NCBI GenBank assembly: GCA_963843975.1
Contig: CAWJMG010000001.1
Location: 420,001-452,000 of the forward strand
DNA: 32,000 nt
Reading direction: 5' to 3'
Origin: an uncultured Actinomycetes bacterium
GTDB taxonomy: Bacteria; Actinomycetota; Actinomycetes; S36-B12; CAIYMF01
This document shows positions 1 through 9,228 of the stretch, piece by piece. The notes beneath the pieces were generated by a model. That model was not told where the DNA came from. It worked only from the letters and a program-made list of their open reading frames with translations, and made no database searches. The position numbers and the translations under genes are program-made. Positions within the stretch are counted from its first letter, which is position 1. Each line of letters opens with the position of its first letter.

Positions 1-1
1 T

Positions 2-478
2 GACGGCGCCACGATCGAGTGGAACACCGCCAAGGCCGAGCCGATGTGGCAGGCGATGATCAACGACACCGCCTACCCGCCGTCCGCTTCGCAGCTCGAC
101 GGCAAGCCGCTCAAGACGGCCCCGTCCGCGGTCCGGGTCAAGGTCCTCAACGGCAGCGGAGTCAACGGCCAGGCCCGCAAGGCCGCCGAGCAGCTCACCG
201 CGCAGGGCTTCGTCGTCGTCGGCGTCGACACCGCGCCCGCCGACCTCGACACCACCTCGATCACCTACGACCCGACGTACGACGAGTCGATGCGCACCCT
301 GGCGTTCGCGGCCTCGGCGACCGACCGCCAGTCGACTGGCAGCGGCAACGTGCTGACGCTGACGATCGGCAAGGACTGGAAGGCCATGAAGACCGTGGTC
401 ATCAAGTCGTCCGGCTCGGGATCGGGCGGCTCGGGCGTCACGGCCAAGCCGGCCGACGAGAACGTCTGCGTCAGCTAG
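2..478 (+). CDS. LCP (LytR-CpsA-Psr) family protein, 3' fragment encoding the LytR_C domain; the start lies upstream of the window
   Basis: The frame is open from base 2, so listed ORF 44..478 is only the ATG-initiated part. LNGSGVNGQARKAAEQLTAQGFVVVGV..SITYDP resembles the LytR_C domain. It parallels LNGTDVQGLGAKAATDLTGVGFVVVGS at the C-terminus of the LCP gene at 9229..10626. Confidence 0.75.
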   Translation, partial: DGATIEWNTAKAEPMWQAMINDTAYPPSASQLDGKPLKTAPSAVRVKVLNGSGVNGQARKAAEQLTAQGFVVVGVDTAPADLDTTSITYDPTYDESMRTLAFAASATDRQSTGSGNVLTLTIGKDWKAMKTVVIKSSGSGSGGSGVTAKPADENVCVS

Positions 479-1343
479 CCGTTTCGGGCAGCACGGCCAC
501 GATCTCCGGCAGCGCCTCGACGAGCGCGCTCTCCCACGACCGCATCGGCGTGAGACCGGCGGCGACCCACGCGTCGTGCCCCAGCACGGAGTACGCCGGC
601 CGCGGTGCCGGGCGCACGAACTCCGCCGACGTCACCGGCAGCACCCGTGCGGTATCCGCGCCGACGAGCCCGAACACCCTCTGCGCCAGGCCGAACCACG
701 TGGTCTCCCCGGACGCCGTCCCGTGATAGGTGCCCGCCGGGGCTCCGGCGTCGACCATCGCGACGACCTGCTGCGCGAGGTCGTGCGCCCAGGTGGGTTG
801 GCCGCGCTGGTCGTCGACCACGCGCACCTCGGGCACCTTGCGCTCGAGCTCGAGCATGGTGCGGACGAAGCTCGGGCCGGCGGCGCCGTAGAGCCAGGCC
901 GTCCGCACGATCCAGGCGGAGTCGGGCAGCGCCGCGCGCACGGCCGCCTCGCCCGCCGCCTTGGTGCGGCCGTACGCCGACCGCGGCGCGATCGGCGCGT
1001 CCTCGGCGTACGGGGCCGTGGCGGTGCCGTCGAAGACGTAGTCGGTGGAGATGTGCACGAGCGAGACTCCGGCGAGCGCGCACGAGCGCGCGAGATGCCC
1101 TGCGCCGTCTGCGTTCACAGCGGCCGAGGCGGACTCGTCGGTCTCGGCGTCGTCGACCCGGGTGTACGCCGCGCAGTTCACGACCACGTCGACGTCGCGC
1201 ACGAGGTCGTCGAACGCGCCGGGCTGCGTGATGTCTGCCTCGGCACGGGTCGGCACGAGAACCTCGCGACCGTCGAGAACGCGCACCACCTCGGTGCCGA
1301 GCAGGCCACGCCCGCCGACGACCAGCCAGCGCCGACGGCTCAC
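471..1343 (-). CDS. rmlD: dTDP-4-dehydrorhamnose reductase
   Basis: This is the lower 290 codons of ORF 471..1913. It has the VVGGRGLLG nucleotide-binding motif, STDYVFDG and a YGRTK signature. GTG at 1343 overlaps the rmlB stop (GTGA). The remainder of the 480-aa ORF is out-of-frame shadow over rmlB. Confidence 0.9.
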   Translation of the reverse strand: MSRRRWLVVGGRGLLGTEVVRVLDGREVLVPTRAEADITQPGAFDDLVRDVDVVVNCAAYTRVDDAETDESASAAVNADGAGHLARSCALAGVSLVHISTDYVFDGTATAPYAEDAPIAPRSAYGRTKAAGEAAVRAALPDSAWIVRTAWLYGAAGPSFVRTMLELERKVPEVRVVDDQRGQPTWAHDLAQQVVAMVDAGAPAGTYHGTASGETTWFGLAQRVFGLVGADTARVLPVTSAEFVRPAPRPAYSVLGHDAWVAAGLTPMRSWESALVEALPEIVAVLPETAS

Positions 1344-2326
1344 GCGGAGCCTGCCGCCTTCTTGAGCGGCTCCCACCACGCGCGGTTGTCGCGGTACCAC
1401 TGGACGGTGGCGGCCAGGCCCTCGGCGAACGGCACCTGCGGCGCGTAGCCGAGCTCGGCCGCGATCTTCGCGATGTCGACGGAGTAGCGGCGGTCGTGGC
1501 CCTTGCGGTCCTCGACGGGGACGACGCGGTCCTCGCCGGTGCCGGTGAGCTCCAGCAGCAGGCTCGTGAGGTCGCGGTTGGTCAGCTCGGTGCCGCCGCC
1601 GATGTTGTAGACCTCGCCCGCGCGTCCGCCGGCCAGGGCGAGCGCGATGCCGCGGCAGTGGTCGCCGACGTGCAGCCAGTCCCGCACGTTGAGGCCGTCG
1701 CCGTACAGCGGCACGGTGCCGCCGTCGATCAGGTTGGTGACGAACAGCGGGATGACCTTCTCGGGGAACTGGTACGGCCCGTAGTTGTTCGAGCAGCGCG
1801 TGACGACGACGTCGAGGCCGTGGGTGCGCGCGTAGGCCAGGGCGAGCAGGTCGCTCGAGGCCTTGGATGCGGCGTACGGCGAGTTGGGCGCGAGCGGGTG
1901 CGTCTCGGGCCACGACCCGTGGTCGATCGAGCCGTAGACCTCGTCGGTGGAGACGTGCAGGAACCGGCCGACGCCGAGCTCGTGCGCGGCCGCGAGGAGG
2001 GTCTGGGTGCCCACGACGTTGGTCATGACGAACGCGCGTGCCCCGACGATCGAGCGGTCGACGTGCGACTCCGCCGCGAAGTGCACCACGGCGTCGGCAC
2101 CGGAGAGGGTGTCGCGGACGACGTCGGCGTCGAGGATGTCGCCGTGCACGAATGTCAGCCGCGGGCTGCTCGCCACGGGCGCGAGGTTGTCGCGGTTGCC
2201 GGCGTACGTCAGGGCGTCGAGCACGACGACGTCGGCACCGACCAGCCCGGGGTAGCCGTCGGTCAGGGCGGTACGGACGAAGTGCGAGCCGATGAAGCCC
2301 GCTCCCCCGGTGACGACGACGCGCAT
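1340..2326 (-). CDS. rmlB: dTDP-glucose 4,6-dehydratase
   Basis: 328 aa. VTGGAGFIGS Rossmann motif, the YAASK (YxxxK) catalytic motif, and extended-SDR architecture typical of RmlB. Confidence 0.93.
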   Translation of the reverse strand: MRVVVTGGAGFIGSHFVRTALTDGYPGLVGADVVVLDALTYAGNRDNLAPVASSPRLTFVHGDILDADVVRDTLSGADAVVHFAAESHVDRSIVGARAFVMTNVVGTQTLLAAAHELGVGRFLHVSTDEVYGSIDHGSWPETHPLAPNSPYAASKASSDLLALAYARTHGLDVVVTRCSNNYGPYQFPEKVIPLFVTNLIDGGTVPLYGDGLNVRDWLHVGDHCRGIALALAGGRAGEVYNIGGGTELTNRDLTSLLLELTGTGEDRVVPVEDRKGHDRRYSVDIAKIAAELGYAPQVPFAEGLAATVQWYRDNRAWWEPLKKAAGSA

Positions 2327-2346
2327 GCCCCGACCCTATCCGCCGG

Positions 2347-5300
2347 TCAGGAGGGCAGGTACGACGTGCGCGCCCGCGCGGTCGACCACAGCGGCACCGC
2401 GCGTCCGAGCAGGGTGGCGGCGCGGGCGTCGAACGAGTGCGCGCGGCCGAACTCCACGGCCTGCGCGCGCCGCTCGGCGTCGGGCAGGAAGAGTGCGTCG
2501 CGCTCGTCGACCACGATCCGTTTGAGGTCGGGACCGTCGTCGAACCACTGGACGTACGGGCCGAAGGTGCCCTCGGCCCCGGCCACGCGGTCGGACACCA
2601 CGCGCGCGCCGGCGGCCACGGCGTCGAAGAGGCGGTTGGCTGCGAAGCCCTCGGCGGCCATGTCGACCCAGTGGTCGCAGAGCACCACGCCCGCGGCCGC
2701 GTAGTAGGCGCCCAGCTTCTTGTTGTCGACGTAGTCGCCGGCGACGTACTGCTCGGGGAGGATCCCCGCCCAGCGCTGGCCGTAGACGCTGATGCCGATG
2801 CCCTGCGCGACCGACTGCTCGACCACGACGCGGTGCTCGCGGCCGATGCCGACGAACAGCACGTCGTGCGCGGGCGTGCCCGGCTCGCTCGCGCGATCGG
2901 GGTGGAACAGCGTCGGGTTGGTCGCCTGCAGCAGCGGCTCGACGGCGACGCCGGCGCGTGCGGTCATCCGCTCCGACCACAGGGTGCTGGCGGCGAAAGC
3001 AGCGTCGTACTCGCAGATCTCGCGCGGGGTGACGAGGTCGGGGTGGCTGATGACCCACAGCAGGCTGACCGTGCCGGGCCTCGGCACCACGCGCTCGAAG
3101 CCGCGGATCGTGAGCGTGACGTCGTCGAGGTACGACGTCGAGCGGTCGACGGCACCGCGGCGGTCGACCACCACCTGCTGGCCGAGGCGGCGCAGTGCGG
3201 AGGCGAGATCCTCGGCGAAGTGGACGTCGCCCCACTTGTCGCCCGCTGGGCCCTCATGCGCGGCGATGCGCAGCGCCCAGCGCAGGCGGGGCGCGCCCTC
3301 GGCCACCTGCACGGGCTGGCGGATCAGGACCGGCCGCGCGATCGCGCCGATGCCGCGCTGGCGCTGGCCGGAGGGGTCGAGCGCCGCGACCTGCAGGCCG
3401 AGCGCGGCGAACAGGTCGCCGTCCGGCCCGGGCAGCTCGGTGCCCCAGCGGTCGAGGAAGGTCTGGGCGTCGTCGCGGGCCGGGCGGGCCGGGCCGGGTG
3501 CGGTCGGCCTGGGCTGCGTGACCTGCGTCGTCGTCACGACACGGAACGGCCGGTGCCGTCCGGCGGCGAGGCGCAGGCACAGGTCGACGTCGGCGAACTC
3601 GTCGAAGATCCGGGTGTCGAGGCCGTGCGCCGCCACGAGGTCGGATGCCCGCAGGACGGCCGCTGTGCCGCTGATCGCGCTGACGGCGATGGGGCCGAGC
3701 GCGCGGGCGTCGTCGCCCGGGTGCTCGGAGAGGAACGGCGAGGGCAGGGTGCGGCCGCCGGCGAACCACCAGCCCGCGGCCCTCACGACGCCGGTCGGGT
3801 GCAGGAGCAGCGGCTGCGCGCCCGCGACCTCGGGGTCCGACAAGGCGTCGAGCACCTTCGTGAGCCAGCCGCTGCGCACCCGGACGTCCGGCTCGAGCAG
3901 GGCGACGTGCTCGCCGGTCGACGCCGCGAGTGCGAGGTCGACGGCGAGGGGGCGCGACACCGTGCGCGCGCGGCGCAGCACCGTGATGCGCGGGTCGCAG
4001 GCGGTCACGCCTGCGAGCAGCGCGGAGCTGATGCGGTCGGAGCCGTGGTCGACGAGCACGACCTCGAGGTCGTCGCCCGCGGACGCGTCGAAGACCGAGC
4101 GCACGCACTCGGCGGTCGACTCCCACTCGCCGGAGGTCGGCACCAGTACCGAGGTGCGCCCGGCAGTGCGCGGGGCCGCGGCGACGGCGTCCCAGTCGAT
4201 CAGCGCCTTCTCGAGCACGCGGTAGAGCCAGGCCGAGCTCTCCGACAGCGAGATGCGGTCCAGGCGCGGCTCGCTCTCGTCGATCACGGGACCGATGAAG
4301 CCGAGGTAGCGCAACGGCTCGTGCTCGGTGATGCGCAGCACGAGGTCGTGGTCGACCCAGCGGCGCAGGTCCTCGTCGAACACGCCGACCTGGTCGAGCA
4401 GCGAGCGCTCGACGACGAGCGCGTTCATGTCGACGTGGTTGGCGACGAGCAGGTGGTCGCGGCCTCCGTTGAACGCGCGGAACACGTCGCCGTCCTTGCG
4501 CAGCACGCGGACGGCGGAGTAGCCGGCGCGGGCGTGCAGCCCCTGCAGCGCCGAGGTCGCGACGTCGAGGAAGTGCGGCAGCCACACGTTGTCGGAGTCG
4601 AGGAACGCGACGTAGTCGCCGTCGGCGAGCGCCAGGCCGGCATTGCGTGCGGCGCAGACGCCTCGTGCGTCCTGCTTGACGACGGTGATGCGCGGGTCGT
4701 CCGCGGCGCGTGCCTCCAGCAGCTCGAGCGTGCCGTCGACGGAGCCGTCGTCGACGACGACGAGGCGCCAGGTCGTAAGGGTCTGGTCGACGACCGAGTC
4801 GATCGCGCGGCCCACCTCGGAGACTCGGTCGCGCACCGGCATCACGATCGTGACGGTGGGGGTGGCACCGGCGTCGGGCTTGCCCGCCCGTGACCACTGT
4901 CGGACGAAGCCGGCGTCCTTGCCCTCGTCCCACGTCTCGGCGACGCGCGGCTCGTCGAGGCGCGCGAGCTCCGCCCACTCAGCGGCCCACTCGAGCATCG
5001 ACGCGTGCCACTCGCCCCAGGTGGTGACGGCCGTGGCCTGGTCGACGGCCGCAGGGAACGGCGTGCCCGGCTGCACGTGCTCGAGGAAGTGCCCGAGCAC
5101 CTTGCCGCGGTGCGCGCGGGCGGTGGGGTGCTCGGCCTCGTAGGCCTCGGCGTCGAGCAGCGGGTGCGGCGACTTGCGCAGCAAGCCCTTGACGTAGGCG
5201 ATGGCCGGGTCGGTCTTGGCCTCGCGCCACGAGCTCGGCGCGAGGTACGACGGCTCGAGCAGCGGGTGGATCGACAGGCCGTCCGTGCGGCCGTGGTCGA

Positions 5301-5508
5301 GGTAGTGGGTCGCGGCCTCGAGGTCGGAGGCGAACGCCCGGCCTGCGAGGGCGGCGTACCAGGGCCGGTCGACCACGCCGGCCGAGACCAGCAGCGCTGC
5401 GGGGTCGGCAGCAGCGGGGCCGGCCGCGGGGGTGGGCGCCGCCGCCGGCTCGGACTTGCCGCGCGCGGCGGCAAGACCCTTCCTCGCCCGGTCCGACAGC
5501 CCGGCCAT
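2347..5508 (-). CDS. Large multidomain glycosyltransferase: N-terminal repeat region, two GT2 (GT-A) domains, and a C-terminal GT1/CgeB-like domain
   Basis: 1053 aa. First GT2 block: VTIVMPVRDRVSEVGRAIDSVVDQTL..VVVDDGSVDGT..FLDSDN. Second block: TSVLVPTSGEWEST..LEVVLVDHGSD. The C-terminal 350 aa (LFVGIGREHR..LCDHWVDMAAEGFAANRLFDAVAAGARVV) resembles GT1/CgeB-type domains. Confidence 0.8.
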   Translation of the reverse strand: MAGLSDRARKGLAAARGKSEPAAAPTPAAGPAAADPAALLVSAGVVDRPWYAALAGRAFASDLEAATHYLDHGRTDGLSIHPLLEPSYLAPSSWREAKTDPAIAYVKGLLRKSPHPLLDAEAYEAEHPTARAHRGKVLGHFLEHVQPGTPFPAAVDQATAVTTWGEWHASMLEWAAEWAELARLDEPRVAETWDEGKDAGFVRQWSRAGKPDAGATPTVTIVMPVRDRVSEVGRAIDSVVDQTLTTWRLVVVDDGSVDGTLELLEARAADDPRITVVKQDARGVCAARNAGLALADGDYVAFLDSDNVWLPHFLDVATSALQGLHARAGYSAVRVLRKDGDVFRAFNGGRDHLLVANHVDMNALVVERSLLDQVGVFDEDLRRWVDHDLVLRITEHEPLRYLGFIGPVIDESEPRLDRISLSESSAWLYRVLEKALIDWDAVAAAPRTAGRTSVLVPTSGEWESTAECVRSVFDASAGDDLEVVLVDHGSDRISSALLAGVTACDPRITVLRRARTVSRPLAVDLALAASTGEHVALLEPDVRVRSGWLTKVLDALSDPEVAGAQPLLLHPTGVVRAAGWWFAGGRTLPSPFLSEHPGDDARALGPIAVSAISGTAAVLRASDLVAAHGLDTRIFDEFADVDLCLRLAAGRHRPFRVVTTTQVTQPRPTAPGPARPARDDAQTFLDRWGTELPGPDGDLFAALGLQVAALDPSGQRQRGIGAIARPVLIRQPVQVAEGAPRLRWALRIAAHEGPAGDKWGDVHFAEDLASALRRLGQQVVVDRRGAVDRSTSYLDDVTLTIRGFERVVPRPGTVSLLWVISHPDLVTPREICEYDAAFAASTLWSERMTARAGVAVEPLLQATNPTLFHPDRASEPGTPAHDVLFVGIGREHRVVVEQSVAQGIGISVYGQRWAGILPEQYVAGDYVDNKKLGAYYAAAGVVLCDHWVDMAAEGFAANRLFDAVAAGARVVSDRVAGAEGTFGPYVQWFDDGPDLKRIVVDERDALFLPDAERRAQAVEFGRAHSFDARAATLLGRAVPLWSTARARTSYLPS

Positions 5509-5617
5509 GTGCGCCCTCTTCCCTCGTCGCCTGCCGCGATCCTAGGAGAACCGCGGCGCCCGGACGGGCGTCCCGCGCGGGCGGTTCGGCGCGATCCGGT
5601 GCACTAGGGTCCGGGCC

Positions 5618-6484
5618 ATGAAGGGCATCGTGCTCGCGGGCGGATCGGGCACCCGGCTGCACCCGATCACCCGAGCGGTGAGCAAGCAGCTGCTGCCGGT
5701 CTACGACAAGCCGATGATCTACTACCCGCTCTCGGTGCTGCTGCTCGCCGGCATCCGCGAGATCCTCGTGATCACCACCCCCGAGGACTCCGCGCAGTTC
5801 CAGCGCCTCCTCGGCGACGGCCACGAGCTCGGCGTCGAGATCTCGTACGCCGTCCAGCCCCGCCCTGAGGGCCTCGCCCAGGCCTTCATCATCGGCGCGG
5901 ACTTCGTCGGGGACGACACTGTCTGCCTCGTCCTCGGCGACAACATCTTCTACGGCGCCGGCCTCGGCACCGCGCTGCGCCGCCATGGGGAGATCGACGG
6001 CGGCCACGTGTTCGCGTACCACGTCGGCAACCCGCGGGCCTACGGCGTCGTGGAGTTCGACGGCGACGGCCGCGTGCTCTCCATCGAGGAGAAGCCCGAG
6101 CACCCGCGTTCGAGCTATGCCGTGCCCGGCCTGTACTTCTACGGCAACGACGTCGTGGAGGTGGCCCGCGGCATCACTCCCAGCGCGCGCGGCGAGCTCG
6201 AGATCACCGCGATCAACGACCACTACCTGCGCGACGGCCGCCTCAGCGTCACCGTGCTCGACCGCGGAACCGCCTGGCTCGACACCGGCACCGTCGACTC
6301 GCTGATGTCGGCCGGCGAGTTCGTGCAGGTGGTCGAGGAGCGCCAGGGACTGAAGATCGGCTGCATCGAGGAGATCGCCTGGCGGATGGGCTTCATCACC
6401 TCCGACCAGCTGCGAGCGCTCGCCGAGCCCCTGCGCAAGAGCGGCTACGGCGACTACCTCCTCGCCCTCCTCGACCAGTCCTGA
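5618..6484 (+). CDS. rmlA: Glucose-1-phosphate thymidylyltransferase
   Basis: 288 aa. [39 protein letters not shown] is the canonical RmlA N-terminus. Confidence 0.95.
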   Translation: MKGIVLAGGSGTRLHPITRAVSKQLLPVYDKPMIYYPLSVLLLAGIREILVITTPEDSAQFQRLLGDGHELGVEISYAVQPRPEGLAQAFIIGADFVGDDTVCLVLGDNIFYGAGLGTALRRHGEIDGGHVFAYHVGNPRAYGVVEFDGDGRVLSIEEKPEHPRSSYAVPGLYFYGNDVVEVARGITPSARGELEITAINDHYLRDGRLSVTVLDRGTAWLDTGTVDSLMSAGEFVQVVEERQGLKIGCIEEIAWRMGFITSDQLRALAEPLRKSGYGDYLLALLDQS

Positions 6485-6498
6485 CCGTCGGCGCCCCC

Positions 6499-6549
6499 GA
6501 TTTGGTAGTGGGAGGGCGCGCTATAGCGCGCCCTTCCCACTACCAAATC
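6499..6549. terminator. Long near-perfect palindrome (23-24 bp arms, TATA loop) between convergent rmlA and the methyltransferase gene; probable bidirectional terminator
   Basis: gatttggtagtgggagggcgcgc-tata-gcgcgcccttcccactaccaaatc. It has a single bulged base. It fills the 66-bp gap between the stop at 6482-6484 (+) and the stop at 6551-6553 (-). Confidence 0.6.
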
Positions 6550-6550
6550 G

Positions 6551-7390
6551 TCAGGGCTTGCCGAGGATGTAGAGGGACTGGCCGTCGGTCTCCTGGCCGT
6601 GCTCGTGCAGGACGACGTCGAGCCCAGCCGCAGCCACGAGGCGCTCGAAGTAGGCGCGGTCGTAGCGGACGCAGTGCAGCGGACCGACCCACTCGAGCGG
6701 GCCGTAGCCCTCGGGGTTCTCCTCGCAGTCGGGCACGCCGTCCTCGACGAAGAGGGTGATGAAGGCGCGGCCGCCGGGAGCGAGCGCGGCGCTCATCAGG
6801 CCGAGGTAGGCCTCGGTGTCGTCGGCCATCAGGTGCGAGTAGACGGAGTAGGCGTAGAAGACGTCGACCGACGCCGGCTCCGCGCCGATCGTGCGCTCGG
6901 GCGAGCCGTCGGGGTTGTAGCGGGCGTTCGCGAGGTCGACCCACGTGAAGCGGAAGCCCGGTGCGGTGAGGCGCTTGTCGGCCCACTCGATGAGGTGCTT
7001 CTGCACGTCGACGCCGTGGTAGTCCTCGACCCGGCCGAACACCTCGCGGACGCCGATCGCGAGACGGCCGGCGCCGCAGCCCCAGTCGAGCAGGCGGCTC
7101 GACGTCGTGAGGCCGGCGAGGTCCTCGAGGCGGCGTACGTCGTGCGCGGCGGTCGCGATGAAGGCCTCGTCGTCCATGAAGTGCGCGCCGCCCATGCGCA
7201 GGCCCTTCGGCGGCAGCGGGTGCCGCGGCGCGGGCTTCGCAGGAGCGGCGGGCGTCGCGGCAGCCGTCTTGGGCGCGGCGGCCGGCTTCGCGGCAGCGGG
7301 CTTGGGGGCGGGCGCGGGGCGCAGGCCGAGGCGGCGCAGCACGGCGCCGGCCTTCCGGCGGACCTGTCGGTAGAGGCTCGAGTCCGTCAT
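6551..7390 (-). CDS. Class I SAM-dependent methyltransferase with an N-terminal Ala/Pro/Lys-rich tail
   Basis: This is the lower 279 codons of ORF 6551..7654, starting MTDSSLYRQV at ATG 7390. Motif I is LLDWGCGAGRL. The tail is RPAPAPKPAAAKPAAAPKTAAATPAAPAKPAP. Confidence 0.8.
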   Translation of the reverse strand: MTDSSLYRQVRRKAGAVLRRLGLRPAPAPKPAAAKPAAAPKTAAATPAAPAKPAPRHPLPPKGLRMGGAHFMDDEAFIATAAHDVRRLEDLAGLTTSSRLLDWGCGAGRLAIGVREVFGRVEDYHGVDVQKHLIEWADKRLTAPGFRFTWVDLANARYNPDGSPERTIGAEPASVDVFYAYSVYSHLMADDTEAYLGLMSAALAPGGRAFITLFVEDGVPDCEENPEGYGPLEWVGPLHCVRYDRAYFERLVAAAGLDVVLHEHGQETDGQSLYILGKP

Positions 7391-7472
7391 GGCCGAACGA
7401 TCCCACACCGACCCGCGCGCGCCCGGGCACGGCTGGCAGAGTGGCGGCGACACGCACGACCGAGGAGGACCC

Positions 7473-8066
7473 ATGCAGGCGCGCCCGCTCGCGATCGACG
7501 GAGCAGTCGAGCTCACCCCGAAGCAGTTCGGCGACGACCGCGGCACGTTCCTCGAGTGGTTCTCGCAGCGAACGTTCGGCGAGGCCACCGGGCACGCGCT
7601 CGCCCTCGCCCAGGCGAACTGCTCGGTCTCCGCCAGGGGCGTGCTGCGCGGCATCCACTACGCCGACGTGCCGCCGGGCCAGGCGAAGTACGTCACCTGC
7701 GTCGCCGGCTCGGTGCTCGACGTCGTCGTCGACCTGCGGGTGGGCTCGCCGACCTTCGGGCACTGGGACTCGGTGCTCCTTGACACGATCGACCGCCGCG
7801 CGATCTACCTCGCCGAGGGTCTCGGCCACGCGTTCCTGTCGCTCGAGGACGGGTCGACCGTCGTCTATCTCTGCAGCACGCCGTGGACCCCGGACCGCGA
7901 GCACGAGGTGCACCCGCTCGACCCGCGCATCGGCATCGACTGGCCGCTCGACGGCGAGCCCGTGCTGTCGCCGAAGGACGCCGCAGCGCCGACCCTCGAC
8001 GAGGCGCTCGCCCAGGGGCTGCTGCCGACGCTCGAGGACTGCGCGGCGCACACCGCCACGCTCTGA
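7473..8066 (+). CDS. rmlC: dTDP-4-dehydrorhamnose 3,5-epimerase
   Basis: MQARPLAIDGAVELTPKQFGDDRGTFLEWF..LRGIHY is cupin RmlC-like. ATG 7473 is preceded by GAGGAGGA. The longer ORF start at 7389 would overlap the divergent methyltransferase start. Confidence 0.9.
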   Translation: MQARPLAIDGAVELTPKQFGDDRGTFLEWFSQRTFGEATGHALALAQANCSVSARGVLRGIHYADVPPGQAKYVTCVAGSVLDVVVDLRVGSPTFGHWDSVLLDTIDRRAIYLAEGLGHAFLSLEDGSTVVYLCSTPWTPDREHEVHPLDPRIGIDWPLDGEPVLSPKDAAAPTLDEALAQGLLPTLEDCAAHTATL

Positions 8067-8072
8067 CGCGAT

Positions 8073-9095
8073 CTACCTCTGCTGCGCGACCGAGCGCCGC
8101 GAGGTGAGGAAGCCGAAGCCCCAGGATCCGTGCATCGTCGCGAGCACCAGCGGCATGCGTACGGCGACGTCGGCCCCCTGGTCGCGTGCGGCTGCGACGC
8201 CGCCGACCGTGACGAGGGCGGCGTACCCGACCGGTGCGAGCCACCCGAGCGCGAGCCACGACGGCGCCCCGACGGCGGCCGCGACACCTGCGGCCGTCCC
8301 GACCGCGACGCCGGCGACCGCCACGGGTGCGGCCAGGTAGCGCAGGCTGATCGTGTCCGGGTAGCGGCGTACGACCTCGCGCCGCCAGCGGCCGTACTCG
8401 AGGTACTGCCTGGCCAGGGCGCGCACGGTGCTGCGCGGTCGGTACGTGACCTGCATGCCGGGCGTGAACCAGATGAGCCCGCCGCTCTCGCGGATGCGGT
8501 GGTTCATCTCCCAGTCCTGCGCGCGGACCATCGTCTCGTCGTATCCGCCGACGCGGTCGATGGCCGCGCGGCGGAAGGCGCCGAGGTAGACGGTGAGCGC
8601 CTCGCCCTCGTCGCCGCCGGTGTGGAACGACGCCGAGCCCACGCCCAGCGTCGAGGTCATAGCCGCGGCGACCGCGCGCTCGAACGGCGTCGTGCCCTCG
8701 GCGGCCATCATCCCGCCGACGTTGTCGGCACCCGTGCGCTGGAGCACCTCGACCGCGATCGCGACGTAGTCGTCGGGCACGAGGGCATGGCCGTCGCAGC
8801 GCACGATCACGTCGTGCGTCGCCGCCGCGATGGCGGCGTTGAGGCCAGCGGGCGTGCGGCCGGTCGGGTTGGTCACGAGCCGCAGCCGCGGGTCGGCGGC
8901 GGCGAGGCGCTCGGCGATCGCGTCGGTCGCGTCCGCGCTCGGGCCGAGCGCGAGCACGACCTCGAGCGGGCCGGCGTACCGCTGGCCGAGCAGGCGGGCG
9001 ACCGACTCCTCGAGGTGCCGCTCCTCGTCGAGCACGGGCACGACGATGGAGACGCCGGGGAGGGCGCCGGGGGTGCTCTCTGCGTGCTCGCTCAT
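8073..9095 (-). CDS. Family 2 glycosyltransferase with a C-terminal membrane segment
   Basis: 340 aa. VSIVVPVLDEERHLEESVARLLGQ..VRCDGHA is a GT-A signature. The C-terminus is hydrophobic (AAPVAVAGVAVGTAAGVAAAV..). Confidence 0.85.
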   Translation of the reverse strand: MSEHAESTPGALPGVSIVVPVLDEERHLEESVARLLGQRYAGPLEVVLALGPSADATDAIAERLAAADPRLRLVTNPTGRTPAGLNAAIAAATHDVIVRCDGHALVPDDYVAIAVEVLQRTGADNVGGMMAAEGTTPFERAVAAAMTSTLGVGSASFHTGGDEGEALTVYLGAFRRAAIDRVGGYDETMVRAQDWEMNHRIRESGGLIWFTPGMQVTYRPRSTVRALARQYLEYGRWRREVVRRYPDTISLRYLAAPVAVAGVAVGTAAGVAAAVGAPSWLALGWLAPVGYAALVTVGGVAAARDQGADVAVRMPLVLATMHGSWGFGFLTSRRSVAQQR

Positions 9096-9228
9096 GTCGG
9101 GACGAGCGTAGGGGGCGGCCGACGACCGTGAGGCGCGTCACTCGGCCCCGGCGTTGCGGCACCGATCCGGGCCCGCGTGCGTCGTACCGTGGTCAGGCCC
9201 TGTCGATCGGACGAGGACTTCCCCACGC

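Noticed and set aside
471-1913. 480-aa ORF suggesting an extended RmlD
   Set aside because: The upstream 190 residues are Arg/Pro-rich and overlap rmlB out of frame. RmlD-like sequence starts at GTG 1343, which is coupled to the rmlB stop.
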